From NCBI GenBank assembly GCA_963739335.1, contig CAVUAC010000088.1, positions 4,988 through 68,987 of the forward strand: 64,000 nt of DNA, given 5' to 3'. Below are positions 32,601 to 42,421 of this stretch, in pieces. The DNA is from an uncultured Bacteroidota bacterium (lineage in GTDB: Bacteria > Bacteroidota > Ignavibacteria > UBA10030). The position numbers were made by a program, and so were the translations under genes. The notes below the pieces were generated by a model that saw nothing but the letters and a program-made list of their open reading frames with translations, did not search any database and had not been told where the DNA came from. The stretch's first letter is position 1, and each line of letters opens with the position of its first letter.

Positions 32601-33662
32601 GCCGCCATATCCTTGCCACGACCGGTGCTGCCGTAGGTCATGAAATAGACGCTGGCCTCGGTGTAGTGGTTGATGTAGTGATGAAACGTGCCTTCCGATG
32701 GCGAGTACATTCCACCCCCGCGTTGACTTCCCGTAAAACAGGATAAAATCATCAGAATCAAGGACCCCGTTTCCGTTCTTGTCCACCACGAGACGCGGGA
32801 TTTCTTGCAGCCCGTCGGGCCTCGGGGCGTTCAAATCTTCCGGTAGCTCCGTTCCGCCGTTCCCAAAGATCCTGATGGAGTTGATGTTCCCAATTGCGCT
32901 GAGCGAAATACCAGCCTTCGTCAAGAGATCCTGATCGATCTTGTAAATGCCTGTCCCCGTGATTTCCATGCGATACCAGTCACCCTGTCCAAGAGGAGAA
33001 TCGCCCGCAAGACCCTGCACCTGAGGCACTTCTCCCTGGAAGAGGTCGGAGGGAAACTGACTTTTCAGGAAGGCCGACACGGACGGAAGTCCGGCACGCG
33101 CAGGAGCGAAGTCGATTCTCACGACGACGCGGCGATAGACACGGACCTCGTTCTTTCCCAGCGATACCTGAACAGGATAGATCTTCAGCGTCCCCAGCAA
33201 CAGGCCCCTCGACCAGCCAACATCGACGAGTTGTGCAATCGGTTGTGCGAGGAGCTGGCTCCTCAGGAATTTCGGATTCGGAGAAGAATACACCGGACTG
33301 TAGCCAAATCCCTTGTCCTTCCGCCATGACGGAACCGTTGCCGCATTCGCGTTCGCGATATCGTCATAGTCCTGAGCAATGACCTGCACGGAATACTGCC
33401 TCGAAGGGAGGTTAACGAGCACCGGGCGATACGGGGTCAATGGAGAACCTGGCTCTCCCTTCGCGAAAGCAGCGCCTTCAAATTCGTACCGTGTGTATTT
33501 CCTGCCGTCGCTGCCACTTACCACGCGATTCGCATACTGCGGCAGGAACTCGATGATGATCGAATTCGAATTCTCACTGACCACGCGGAGGTCAGAAGCG
33601 GGTTGGGCTCGAGCGCCAACCGCCAGCAGCATGGAGATCGATACGATGAGTCTAGGTCTCAT
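29683..33662 (-). CDS. porU: T9SS sortase PorU (C25 gingipain-like); two frameshifts near 32707 and 32527
   Basis: SPL..GDWY..TGIYKI, IFGNGG..LPE, NEFSSG.PDP.AIRDF, IGRLPV, NYTGHG, ATCDFARYD, LLGDP, C-terminal CTD; adjacent to porV. Confidence 0.92.
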
Positions 33663-33859
33663 AGAAATGAAAAAGCCGAACGAGATAGAATCAAGCCATC
33701 TCATCCGGCCAAACTTCCTCAGAGGACACCGAATTTGAAAAAGGCTTGTCTTACCTCAAAACCCCAGCTTCTGACGGGCAATTGCTGCCAAGCCTGCTGA
33801 GGAACTAACCTTTAACAAATCCGCTATAGTGCTCTCCTTCTCCCTATTTGTGACACCTC

Positions 33860-33888
33860 AATATAGAAACCCGACGGTCGAGAGTCAA
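33860..33888 (-). promoter_or_regulatory. Sigma70-type promoter for porU
   Basis: TTGACT-N17-TATATT on minus strand. Confidence 0.6.
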
Positions 33889-34130
33889 GTCCTTTTTGAT
33901 CGTGCGTGTCGCAAGTCAAACAGATTCGGGGATCTTTGTCATCATCAACATGGCGCGAACCCTCGCCGACCACATGGGTGATGGTGCAGTCGATGATTCA
34001 CGACGATGCGGCGTAGTCATTGTATGCGAGATTGAGTTGATGGCATCATCAAGGAAAATGACGTAGTGGGATGATGAAAATGCAGAAATGGCTCAAGCGA
34101 CGGCGCGCGCGAGGTATGTCGTTTTTTTGA

Positions 34131-34159
34131 TTGCGTCTCTGGTAAAACTTGGGTAAATT
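34131..34159 (+). promoter_or_regulatory. Sigma70-type promoter for glgA operon
   Basis: TTGCGT-N17-TAAATT. Confidence 0.45.
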
Positions 34160-34196
34160 TACTTGGTTTTTATCTATTTTCTTGAATTGGAGCTCA

Positions 34197-35678
34197 ATGT
34201 CTAAACCGCTCAACGTCTTGTTTTTGTCGAGTGAGGTTGACCCCTTTGCAAAAACCGGAGGCTTAGCCGACGTTTCGAGCGCGCTTCCCCAGGCCATCAA
34301 AGAGCTGGGGCATGAGATTCGCATCATGATGCCCCGCTATCGGTTCATCAGCGAGCGGCGATTCAAGCTCCATGACATTATCCGGCTCAAGGAAATCCCC
34401 ATCCCCGTCGGCAAGCTGACCGAGCTCGGCAACGTCAAATCATCGTTCATCAGCAACCTCAAAGAGAAAGTCCAAGTCTACTTTCTTGATAATGCCAATT
34501 ACTTCGGTCGGGATGGGATCTATCAGAGCCCGGTCGGGAGAAAAGACTACAAGGACAACGACGAGCGATTCATCTTCTTCTGTCGCGGTGTTCTTGAAAC
34601 ATTGAAACGCCTGGGGTGGCAACCGGATATCATCCACTGCAATGATTGGCAAACAGGCCTCGTCCCGGCGTACTTGAAAACGGTCTATAGCCATGACCCT
34701 TTCTTGAAGCCGATCAAGACGGTCTTCACCATCCACAATATGGCGTACCAGGGAGCATTTCCCCCTGATGCGTTTCCGAAGTCAGGCCTGCCCAAAGAGC
34801 TTTACCAGGTAGACGGCGTTGAAGCATACGACAAGTTCAATTTCCTCAAAACCGGCCTTCACTTTGCGGATGTCATCACAACGGTGAGCCAGCGGTATGC
34901 CGAGGAAATCTCGACATCGGAAGAATATGGCGCAGGATTGACCGGATTGCTCGCAAAGCGTAGGAAAGATCTCCATGGCATTCTCAATGGTATTGACTTC
35001 AACGTATGGAACCCTGCGGCTGACGATTTGATCTACCGCAAGTATGATGCAAAGTCGCTGGATGCGAAACCCGACAACAAGCGCGCTCTTGTCGGCAGGT
35101 TCAAGCTGCCGTTCAAGGAGTCGACCCCCGTGGTGGGTGCCATCTCCCGCCTGGTCGAACAAAAGGGCTTCGATCTGGTGCTAGAGATCATGGAAGAACT
35201 GCTGAAGTCGAACGTGCAGTTCATCCTACTCGGCGATGGCGAAAAGAGCACAGAGAAACACTTCGAGGTGCTTCAGAAGAAGTATCCTCAACAGATTGGT
35301 GTATTCTTCGGATTCGACAAGGAGTTGGCGCATTTGATTGAGGCGGGAAGTGACATGTTCATCATGCCGTCGAAATACGAGCCGTGCGGATTGAACCAGA
35401 TGTACAGTATGCGTTACGGGACAATCCCGGTGGTTCGCGCGACCGGCGGGCTTGATGACACCGTCGAAGACTATGCCGGCAATGGCAAAGGGACAGGCTT
35501 CAAATTCGAAAAATACGAAGCCAAGGAACTGCTCAAAGCAATCCAGCGTGCCCTCAAAGTGTTTCAGCAACCCGAGGAGTGGAAGAAGGTGATGCGGAAT
35601 GGGATGGCGAAGGATTTCTCGTGGGAGCACTCCGCGAAACAATACGTGAACCTCTACAAAGAACTTCTCAAGCAATAA
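34197..35678 (+). CDS. glgA: Glycogen synthase
   Basis: KTGGLADV, HCNDWQ, FTIHN, SRLVEQKG, PSKYEPCGLNQ, TGGL. Confidence 0.95.
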   Translation: MSKPLNVLFLSSEVDPFAKTGGLADVSSALPQAIKELGHEIRIMMPRYRFISERRFKLHDIIRLKEIPIPVGKLTELGNVKSSFISNLKEKVQVYFLDNANYFGRDGIYQSPVGRKDYKDNDERFIFFCRGVLETLKRLGWQPDIIHCNDWQTGLVPAYLKTVYSHDPFLKPIKTVFTIHNMAYQGAFPPDAFPKSGLPKELYQVDGVEAYDKFNFLKTGLHFADVITTVSQRYAEEISTSEEYGAGLTGLLAKRRKDLHGILNGIDFNVWNPAADDLIYRKYDAKSLDAKPDNKRALVGRFKLPFKESTPVVGAISRLVEQKGFDLVLEIMEELLKSNVQFILLGDGEKSTEKHFEVLQKKYPQQIGVFFGFDKELAHLIEAGSDMFIMPSKYEPCGLNQMYSMRYGTIPVVRATGGLDDTVEDYAGNGKGTGFKFEKYEAKELLKAIQRALKVFQQPEEWKKVMRNGMAKDFSWEHSAKQYVNLYKELLKQ

Positions 35679-35682
35679 GCGC

Positions 35683-36000
35683 GTGAAGGTAGACCAGGTT
35701 GGACTTTTCTTCGACCGCACTGCATACTCTGAACATCGAGGTGGATTTCCTTACCCGTCCTGAAGAGCTTCAACTCATCCCGAACATCACCCATGTCATG
35801 CGAGAGGCGAACGAACTCGGAGGTAAAATCGTTGGAATAACGAACAACTCCGGAATTGCCCCCGTGGTTCTTGCGGAGACGGATCTCGCGGCCATTCATA
35901 CACGTCTAATCCATTGGCCGTTGCAACACCAGAGGGAACAAGCGTGAGCACTCACTGTAATGACGACGTTGTTTCCAGTGGCTCCGAAGCCTGGCTTCCG
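35683..36000 (+). pseudogene. Degenerate GmhB/HisB-like HAD phosphatase remnant
   Basis: GLFFDR(TA/shift)TLNIEVDFLTRPEELQLIP..REANELG..ITNNSGIA..DLAAIH resembles GmhB FLDRDGTLN..TNQSGIA; motifs mutated, frameshifted and truncated. Confidence 0.65.
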
Positions 36001-36057
36001 ACCCAGAACACCCTTTTGCAGCGCAGTTCCTCGCGCGTGCGACATTGAACATTAAGT

Positions 36058-37237
36058 GTGGAGTCGAAGTGTCGAGATACTCAGATAGTTGTTATGCTCT
36101 TTTGCGTCATCCTTGCCGTGTTGCCGGGCGGATGTGCGGAGGAGCCAAATCCCGTCGGCGCCAGACTTCTCCCCGCGGGCGATTTGATACACCTCGACAC
36201 AACTGTCGTGTGGGGGATTCGTAGCTACAATCAGATCACGATTCCGAAGGCATCGACGGGAGCCAGAATCCTCATCGGACACGTGAACAACATCGAATGC
36301 TGGGGTCTTCTGAGGTTTAGTTATCTGCCGGATTCCACGCGGTATTATCCTATCGTCAGCGCTGAGTTGCAGTTGAGAACAAACTACCACTTCGGCGATT
36401 CTCTCGCGCCGTTTTCACTGTCCATCTATCAGATCCTCCAGAATTGGGTCACCGATTCACTGACCATCGACTCGGTGAAAGCTCCGGGATTCTACAGTCC
36501 AGTTGTCAGTGGTTCTGCAAACTACAGTTCCGTCGGCGACACGTCGACGTTGACGATACCGCTCGATACGACAATGATACGGGCGTGGGGCACGCTCAGC
36601 GATACCCTCATCACCAATTTCGGAGTGCTGCTTCGCCCGACGAATTCCGCAGTGGTGAAGGGCTTTGGTTCCTTCCTGGCTGCCGATGCGTCTCTGTACC
36701 CCGTGCTCTTGCTCAGATTTCGGGACATCGCCGGCAACATTGATACGCTGATAGAGAATCTGGGACAGCACCACTATGTGACAACCGGACTCGATCCCAC
36801 GTGGGCATCAGATAGCACGCATCTGTACGTGATGAACGGCGGCGCGTACCCGAGGCTTCGTCGAGTTCAATGTCGACTCGCTTCCTGCTCATGGGGCCGT
36901 CCACAAAGCGACACTGGAGCTGACCCTCGATGCACAGCGTTCGCAGTTCAACATGTACACATCCGACTCGACGTATGCGTTCTTCATTGCCAATGATAGT
37001 ACCGTCGCCACCTATGTCTATGCCGTCGGCGGCCCGATGCAGAATGGGAATACGCGCATCTATCAATTCCCCATCGGATCCTTCGTTCAGCGATGGCTGC
37101 GCGGGGCAACACAGCATCGCCTGGCGATCGCCGGATACACGGAGCCAAATACGCTGGATCTCTTCTCGTTCTACGGCGCCACTGCAGCCCCCGCACGCCG
37201 ACCGAAGCTGACGATTATTCATTCGCTTATTCAGTAA
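36058..37237 (+). CDS. DUF4270-like lipoprotein; frameshift near 36850
   Basis: Lipobox PGGC then EEPNPVGARLLP, C-terminal RRPKLTIIHS; glgA context; removing one C gives GGAYRGFVEFNV. Confidence 0.7.
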
Positions 37238-37246
37238 GGCACACCC

Positions 37247-38491
37247 ATGAAGAACATCTCAACTCAGTTGAGGCTGCTTCTTTCCACCCTCGTGGTCACG
37301 ATTGGTTGTGTGCTACCCGTTGTGGCGGGTGGTTCCATTTACTCGCGGTTCGGAGTGGGCGATCTCATACGCTATGGCGGAAGCCGACTAGACGCCATGG
37401 GGGGTGCGGGCATCGCTCTGATAGGCGACGGTTTTCTCAACCGCTTGAATCCCGCCGGCATCGCCAAGATTCAGTATACCCGTTTCTCGGGCAGCTTCGA
37501 GTACACAAACTATAGTTCCACCGACGCGTTCGGAGAGGGCAGATACGCCCGGGGATCATTCAAAGGACTCGGACTCGGGATCCCGATAGACAGAGAATAC
37601 GGGATCGCCATGCTTTTCGAGGCTTCTCCCTACTCCAATGTCAACTACGCGACACAATCCAAGGATTCTCTTCTCACCCAGGACTTTTACGGCACAGGCG
37701 GCTTGTCGCTTCTTTCTTTTGGCGGGAGCGTCTCACCGTTCAAAGAGCTTAGCCTCGGTGCAAAGCTTAACTACATTCACGGCCGCATTCGCCAGGCCGG
37801 GAATTTCACGTTTTCGGATCCGACATTCACCAACAGCGAAATTCAGCGCTCCGACTTCTATTCGGGATTCAATTTCACATTCGGCGGCATCTATGAGGGT
37901 CTCGGGAACCTGCTGAACGTGCCGGCACTGTCTCCCCTCGCCATCGGATTTGTGCTCTCGACGCCGACGACGCTCGACGTAAACCGCGAGAGCGTGCTCA
38001 CGACCAGCGAATCGACCGACACAACTGCCGCAGGCCTGGGCAATGTCGATGTGCCTCTTTCGTTCGGCGTTGGGCTGTCCTATCTCATCGGAAACAAGTA
38101 CTATGTCACGGGAGACGTCTATTACCAGCCATGGTCGAAAGCGACATTTTTCGGAAGCACACTGCCCCAAATGCGAAACACGACCCGCATCGGCATCGGC
38201 TTCGAGGCGCTTCCCGGTCGCGAAACCGAGGCGTTCCTGAAAAGAGTCATCTATCGCGCCGGCTTCTATTACAATGCGACATCCTACATATTCAACGGAA
38301 CGCCGATCAACGAGGTGTTTGTGACGGGCGGTGTCGGTATCCCCATTGGTCCAGATGCCCGACTCAACGTCGGACTGCAACTTGGCACGCGTGGAACGAC
38401 GTCAAACAACTTGCAGCGAGATACGGTATTCCGCCTTTCGCTTTCCTTAAGTGCAAGCGAAGTATGGTTCCTCAGGATCGAAGAAGAATAA
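37247..38491 (+). CDS. OmpP1/FadL-like outer membrane beta-barrel protein
   Basis: SIYSRFGVGD, AMGGAG..NPA, PYS.V.Y, YRAGF, C-terminal E.WF. Confidence 0.8.
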   Translation: MKNISTQLRLLLSTLVVTIGCVLPVVAGGSIYSRFGVGDLIRYGGSRLDAMGGAGIALIGDGFLNRLNPAGIAKIQYTRFSGSFEYTNYSSTDAFGEGRYARGSFKGLGLGIPIDREYGIAMLFEASPYSNVNYATQSKDSLLTQDFYGTGGLSLLSFGGSVSPFKELSLGAKLNYIHGRIRQAGNFTFSDPTFTNSEIQRSDFYSGFNFTFGGIYEGLGNLLNVPALSPLAIGFVLSTPTTLDVNRESVLTTSESTDTTAAGLGNVDVPLSFGVGLSYLIGNKYYVTGDVYYQPWSKATFFGSTLPQMRNTTRIGIGFEALPGRETEAFLKRVIYRAGFYYNATSYIFNGTPINEVFVTGGVGIPIGPDARLNVGLQLGTRGTTSNNLQRDTVFRLSLSLSASEVWFLRIEEE

Positions 38492-38517
38492 CCTACACCT
38501 TCTGGTGAGCACATGCC

Positions 38518-38956
38518 ATGATCGCCCTCGCGAGTGACCACGCCGGCTACAGTTACAAGGAAGACATCAAGAAACTATTGGACCAGCTGAATCTGCCGTA
38601 CAAGGATTTCGGCCCGCCGTCAGATCAACCAACGGACTATCCCGATTGGGGTCACAAGGCTTCCCAAGCAGTCTCCAATGGCGAGTGCGACCGCGGAATC
38701 CTCGTGTGCGGTACCGGGATCGGCATGTGCATCGTGGCAAACAAGCATTCGGGTGTGCGCGTCTGCCTCATGCGACTCTGTCACAGTTGCCCGCCTGGCG
38801 CGGCAGCACAACAATGCTAACATTCTGACGCTTGGCGAACGAGTCACGGGCTGGGAAGCGGTGGTGGATATTGTGAAGACGTTTCTCACGACTTCATTTG
38901 AAGGAGGACGTCACGCGCAACGAGTTGAGAAGATTCACTCACTCACAAAACTCTAA
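38518..38956 (+). CDS. rpiB: Ribose-5-phosphate isomerase B; frameshift near 38762
   Basis: ASDHAG, DYPD, CGTGIG, ANK..GVR, HNNANIL, FEGGRH..RV. Confidence 0.93.
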
Positions 38957-39080
38957 GAAGAGCTCGCCTCCAACGTTGAGAAGCGCCGAGCGCACTGCAC
39001 GACGCGTGGCGATCTCTTCTCAGATTACTTCCTCTGTTGTTCAATCATCACTTTCACACTTTCTATCGCGAGCGTAACCC

Positions 39081-40385
39081 ATGAGACATCTTGAATCGAC
39101 TGACATCGAAATATTCAATGCCGTCCAGAGCGAAATCAACCGACAGCACTCCAAACTCGAACTGATTGCCTCGGAGAACTTCGTCAGTCTCGCCGTTCTC
39201 GAAGCCCTGGGATCGGTTCTGACGAACAAATATGCCGAGGGGTATCCCGGAAAGCGCTACTACGGAGGATGCGAGTTTGTCGACATTGCTGAAAACGTGG
39301 CGCGAGACAGGGCCAAGAAGCTGTTTGGCGCCGAGTATGCAAACGTCCAGCCTCATTCCGGTTCTCAGGCAAACATGGCGGTCTACTTCGCCTTTCTCAA
39401 GCCCGGCGACAGGGTCCTCGGCATGAATCTGTCTCATGGCGGGCATCTGACACACGGCTCGCCCGTCAACTTCTCCGGGCAGTTGTACAACTTCGTGGCC
39501 TATGGCGTATCGAAGGAGACCGGCCATATTGACTACGACGAAGTCGAGTCTATCGCCAGGAAAGAACGGCCAAAGATGATTACCGTCGGTGCAAGCGCAT
39601 ACTCTCGCAATATCGACTACAAGACATTTCGCACTATCGCCGATCAGGTCGGGGCTTTCCTCTTTGCGGACATCGCTCATCCTGCGGGACTGATTGCCTG
39701 CAAACTGCTCAACGATCCACTCCCCTATTGTCACGTTGTGACCTCGACAACGCACAAAACCCTTCGGGGGCCGCGTGGCGGTCTCATCCTCATGGGAAAA
39801 GACTATGAGAATCCATTCGGCCAGGTAGCTCCGAAATCAGGCCGAAAGAAGATGATGTCCGAACTCATTGATTCGATGGTCATTCCCGGCATTCAGGGCG
39901 GGCCACTGATGCATGTCATTGCAGCAAAGGCTGTCGGATTCTATGAAAACCTGCAGCCTCCATTTGTTGACTATTCAAAACAGGTAATTCGCAATGCGCA
40001 GGCACTTGCTGCTGCGCTGGTGAAACGAGGATTCAACATCATCTCCGGTGGAACCGACAATCATCTCATGCTCGTCGACCTGCGCAATAAGAATGTGACC
40101 GGAAAAGACGCCCAGGAAGCGCTCGACCTGGCCGGAATCACAGTCAACAAGAATGCAGTTCCGTTCGACGACAAATCCCCGATGATCACCAGCGGCATCC
40201 GGATTGGCACACCGGCGTTGACGACCCGCGGCATGAAGGAACCCGAGATGGAGATTGTCGCCGAGGTCATCGACCGCGTTGTCTCCAACATGGGGAATGA
40301 GGCCGAGTACGGGCGTGTCCGAAAGGACATTGAGCAGCTCTGCACATCGTTCCCACTGTATCGAGAACTAGCACTGACTCGTTAG
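39081..40385 (+). CDS. glyA: Serine hydroxymethyltransferase
   Basis: [40 protein letters not shown]. Confidence 0.97.
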   Translation: MRHLESTDIEIFNAVQSEINRQHSKLELIASENFVSLAVLEALGSVLTNKYAEGYPGKRYYGGCEFVDIAENVARDRAKKLFGAEYANVQPHSGSQANMAVYFAFLKPGDRVLGMNLSHGGHLTHGSPVNFSGQLYNFVAYGVSKETGHIDYDEVESIARKERPKMITVGASAYSRNIDYKTFRTIADQVGAFLFADIAHPAGLIACKLLNDPLPYCHVVTSTTHKTLRGPRGGLILMGKDYENPFGQVAPKSGRKKMMSELIDSMVIPGIQGGPLMHVIAAKAVGFYENLQPPFVDYSKQVIRNAQALAAALVKRGFNIISGGTDNHLMLVDLRNKNVTGKDAQEALDLAGITVNKNAVPFDDKSPMITSGIRIGTPALTTRGMKEPEMEIVAEVIDRVVSNMGNEAEYGRVRKDIEQLCTSFPLYRELALTR

Positions 40386-40395
40386 GTCGTTCACG

Positions 40396-41235
40396 GTGAT
40401 CCGAGAATTGATGCTCAGAATATTGCGCGGCAAGGCCGCAAAGGATTTCGAGTTCGATCAGAAGGAAATGTCCTTTCTTGATCACCTCGAGGAGCTGCGA
40501 TGGCACGTCATCAAGGCTCTCGTAGGTCTCGCCCTCGCGATGATCCTCTGCGGCGTCTTCGTGGAATTCATCGTCCAGAAAGTGCTCCTCTCGCCATTGC
40601 TCGCCGTTGGATTGCGGGCTCAGGTGCTGGCCCCGTACGGAATCGTTATGCTCTACATTCAGGCGGTGCTCGTGTCCGGACTCATCCTCAGCATGCCGAA
40701 CACGCTCTACTGGCTCTGGAAATTCGTCGCACCGGGACTCATGCCCGAAGAGCGTCGCTACGTTTCAGGTATCGTTGGATCCACATCCTTTCTTTTCTTC
40801 GCCGGATGCGCGTTTGGATACTTCGTCCTCATACCGGCTGCGTTGACGTTCTTTGCCGGATTCGGAACGCAAAACATCTCCCTCAACATTGCCATTGATC
40901 GCTATATCACCTTCCTTCTGGCGTTGGTCCTCGGCACCGGCCTCGTTTTTGAACTCCCCATGGTGACATACTTTCTTGCCAAGTTGGGGATCGTGTCGCC
41001 CGAATTCATGCGCAAGTACAGAAAACACTCCTATGTCGTTATCCTCCTGATTGCCGGCATTGTGACCCCGACGCCGGACATGGTCACGCAGCTGCTGATG
41101 GCATCACCCATGTTCGTGCTGTATGAACTGAGCATCTTCATCGCCAAGTTTGTCTACAAGAAGAGGGAGAAGAAGGAAGAAGCAGAGGAAAAAGCCACAC
41201 ACGAAGACACGGCTGAATCTGACGAAGGCCTATGA
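40396..41235 (+). CDS. tatC: Twin-arginine translocase subunit TatC
   Basis: MSFLDHLEELR, FVAPGL..ER, FELP, TPTPD, LYE. Confidence 0.95.
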   Translation: MIRELMLRILRGKAAKDFEFDQKEMSFLDHLEELRWHVIKALVGLALAMILCGVFVEFIVQKVLLSPLLAVGLRAQVLAPYGIVMLYIQAVLVSGLILSMPNTLYWLWKFVAPGLMPEERRYVSGIVGSTSFLFFAGCAFGYFVLIPAALTFFAGFGTQNISLNIAIDRYITFLLALVLGTGLVFELPMVTYFLAKLGIVSPEFMRKYRKHSYVVILLIAGIVTPTPDMVTQLLMASPMFVLYELSIFIAKFVYKKREKKEEAEEKATHEDTAESDEGL

Positions 41236-42230
41236 TGAGTCTGAACCGTCATACCCGTGCGACCCTTGATGCTATCAAGCGACCGATCGAGGCTGAGCTG
41301 AAGGAATTCAGCGGCTTCTTTCGCGACGCGATGCGGTCGCAGGTCGGTCTGATCGATTTGATAGCCCGCTACATCGTCCGTCAGAAGGGAAAGCGTGTCC
41401 GGCCGATTCTCGTCTTCCTCAGCGCAAAAGCGTGCGGCGAGGTGAACAAGAGCACCTTTCGTGCCGCCACCCTTGTGGAGATCCTACACACCGCCACTCT
41501 CATCCACGACGACGTCGTTGATGACGCCGATACGCGCCGCGGCCTGGCATCTATTAATGCTGTATGGAAGAACAAGGTCGCTGTGCTGATGGGCGATTAC
41601 CTGTTGTCTCGAGGTTTGTTGCTCTCGTTGGAAAGCAACGACTACTACTTCCTCCGATGCACATCGAATGCTGTCAAGCGGATGAGCGAAGGGGAGCTAC
41701 TCCAGATACAGAAAAGTCGGCAGCTTAATATCGACGAAGAGACCTATCTCAAAATCATCAGCGACAAGACCGCGTCGCTCCTCTCAACCTGCACGGAGAT
41801 TGGTGCCGCGAGCACGTCCGAAGATCCGGAGCGCCGGCGGCAGATGCGCGATTTCGGGGAGCATATCGGCATTGCCTTTCAGATCCGCGACGATCTTCTT
41901 GATTATCTGGGGCGCAGAAGTGTCATTGGCAAGCCGACGGGCATCGACCTCAAGGAGAAAAAGTTGACGCTACCCTTGATTTACGCTCTCAGTAAAGGTC
42001 AACGAAGCGATGCAAAACAGGCTCTTCGCATCATCAAGAACGGTGCGAAGCAAAAAGAAGTGCAGTGGGTTGTAGATTTCGTGAAAAGCATGGGTGGCAT
42101 TGATTACGCCATACAACGTGCCAGCGGTTTTTCCGAACGAGCCCGAGCTGACCTTTCCAGCATACCCGATTCACCTTCTAAAGAGGCATTGCTCGGATTT
42201 GTGGACTTCGTGACGGAACGGGAGAGTTGA
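41232..42230 (+). CDS. Polyprenyl (octaprenyl-type) diphosphate synthase
   Basis: GKRVRP, LIHDDVVD..RRG, KT, FQIRDDLLD. Confidence 0.93.
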   Translation: MMSLNRHTRATLDAIKRPIEAELKEFSGFFRDAMRSQVGLIDLIARYIVRQKGKRVRPILVFLSAKACGEVNKSTFRAATLVEILHTATLIHDDVVDDADTRRGLASINAVWKNKVAVLMGDYLLSRGLLLSLESNDYYFLRCTSNAVKRMSEGELLQIQKSRQLNIDEETYLKIISDKTASLLSTCTEIGAASTSEDPERRRQMRDFGEHIGIAFQIRDDLLDYLGRRSVIGKPTGIDLKEKKLTLPLIYALSKGQRSDAKQALRIIKNGAKQKEVQWVVDFVKSMGGIDYAIQRASGFSERARADLSSIPDSPSKEALLGFVDFVTERES

Positions 42231-42276
42231 ACGAGGTAGTGGAATTGTGGGCCAGGCATCAGCCCGAGGGAAAAAC

Positions 42277-42312
42277 AAAACCCGTCCCGACAATGTCGAG
42301 GCGGGTTTTTTT
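42277..42312. terminator. Likely bidirectional intrinsic terminator
   Basis: AAAACCCGTC-CCGAC-aat-GTCGA-GGCGGGTTTTTTT. Confidence 0.8.
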
Positions 42313-42341
42313 GCACACCACCTCTCTTCATTTTTCCCGAA

Positions 42342-42392
42342 TCACAGCTTCACAAACTCCTTCTCCGCCATGCGGACCACCAGGACCGTACA
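42342..42392 (-). pseudogene. Orphan 3' fragment of a universal stress protein gene
   Basis: Translates CTVLVVRMAEKEFVKL*, versus CPVLVVRLAEKEFVRT* for usp at 46943-46993 (12/16 identical, same stop position). Confidence 0.8.
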
Positions 42393-42421
42393 CCAGGGTC
42401 AAACGATTCTGTCTCTGAACA

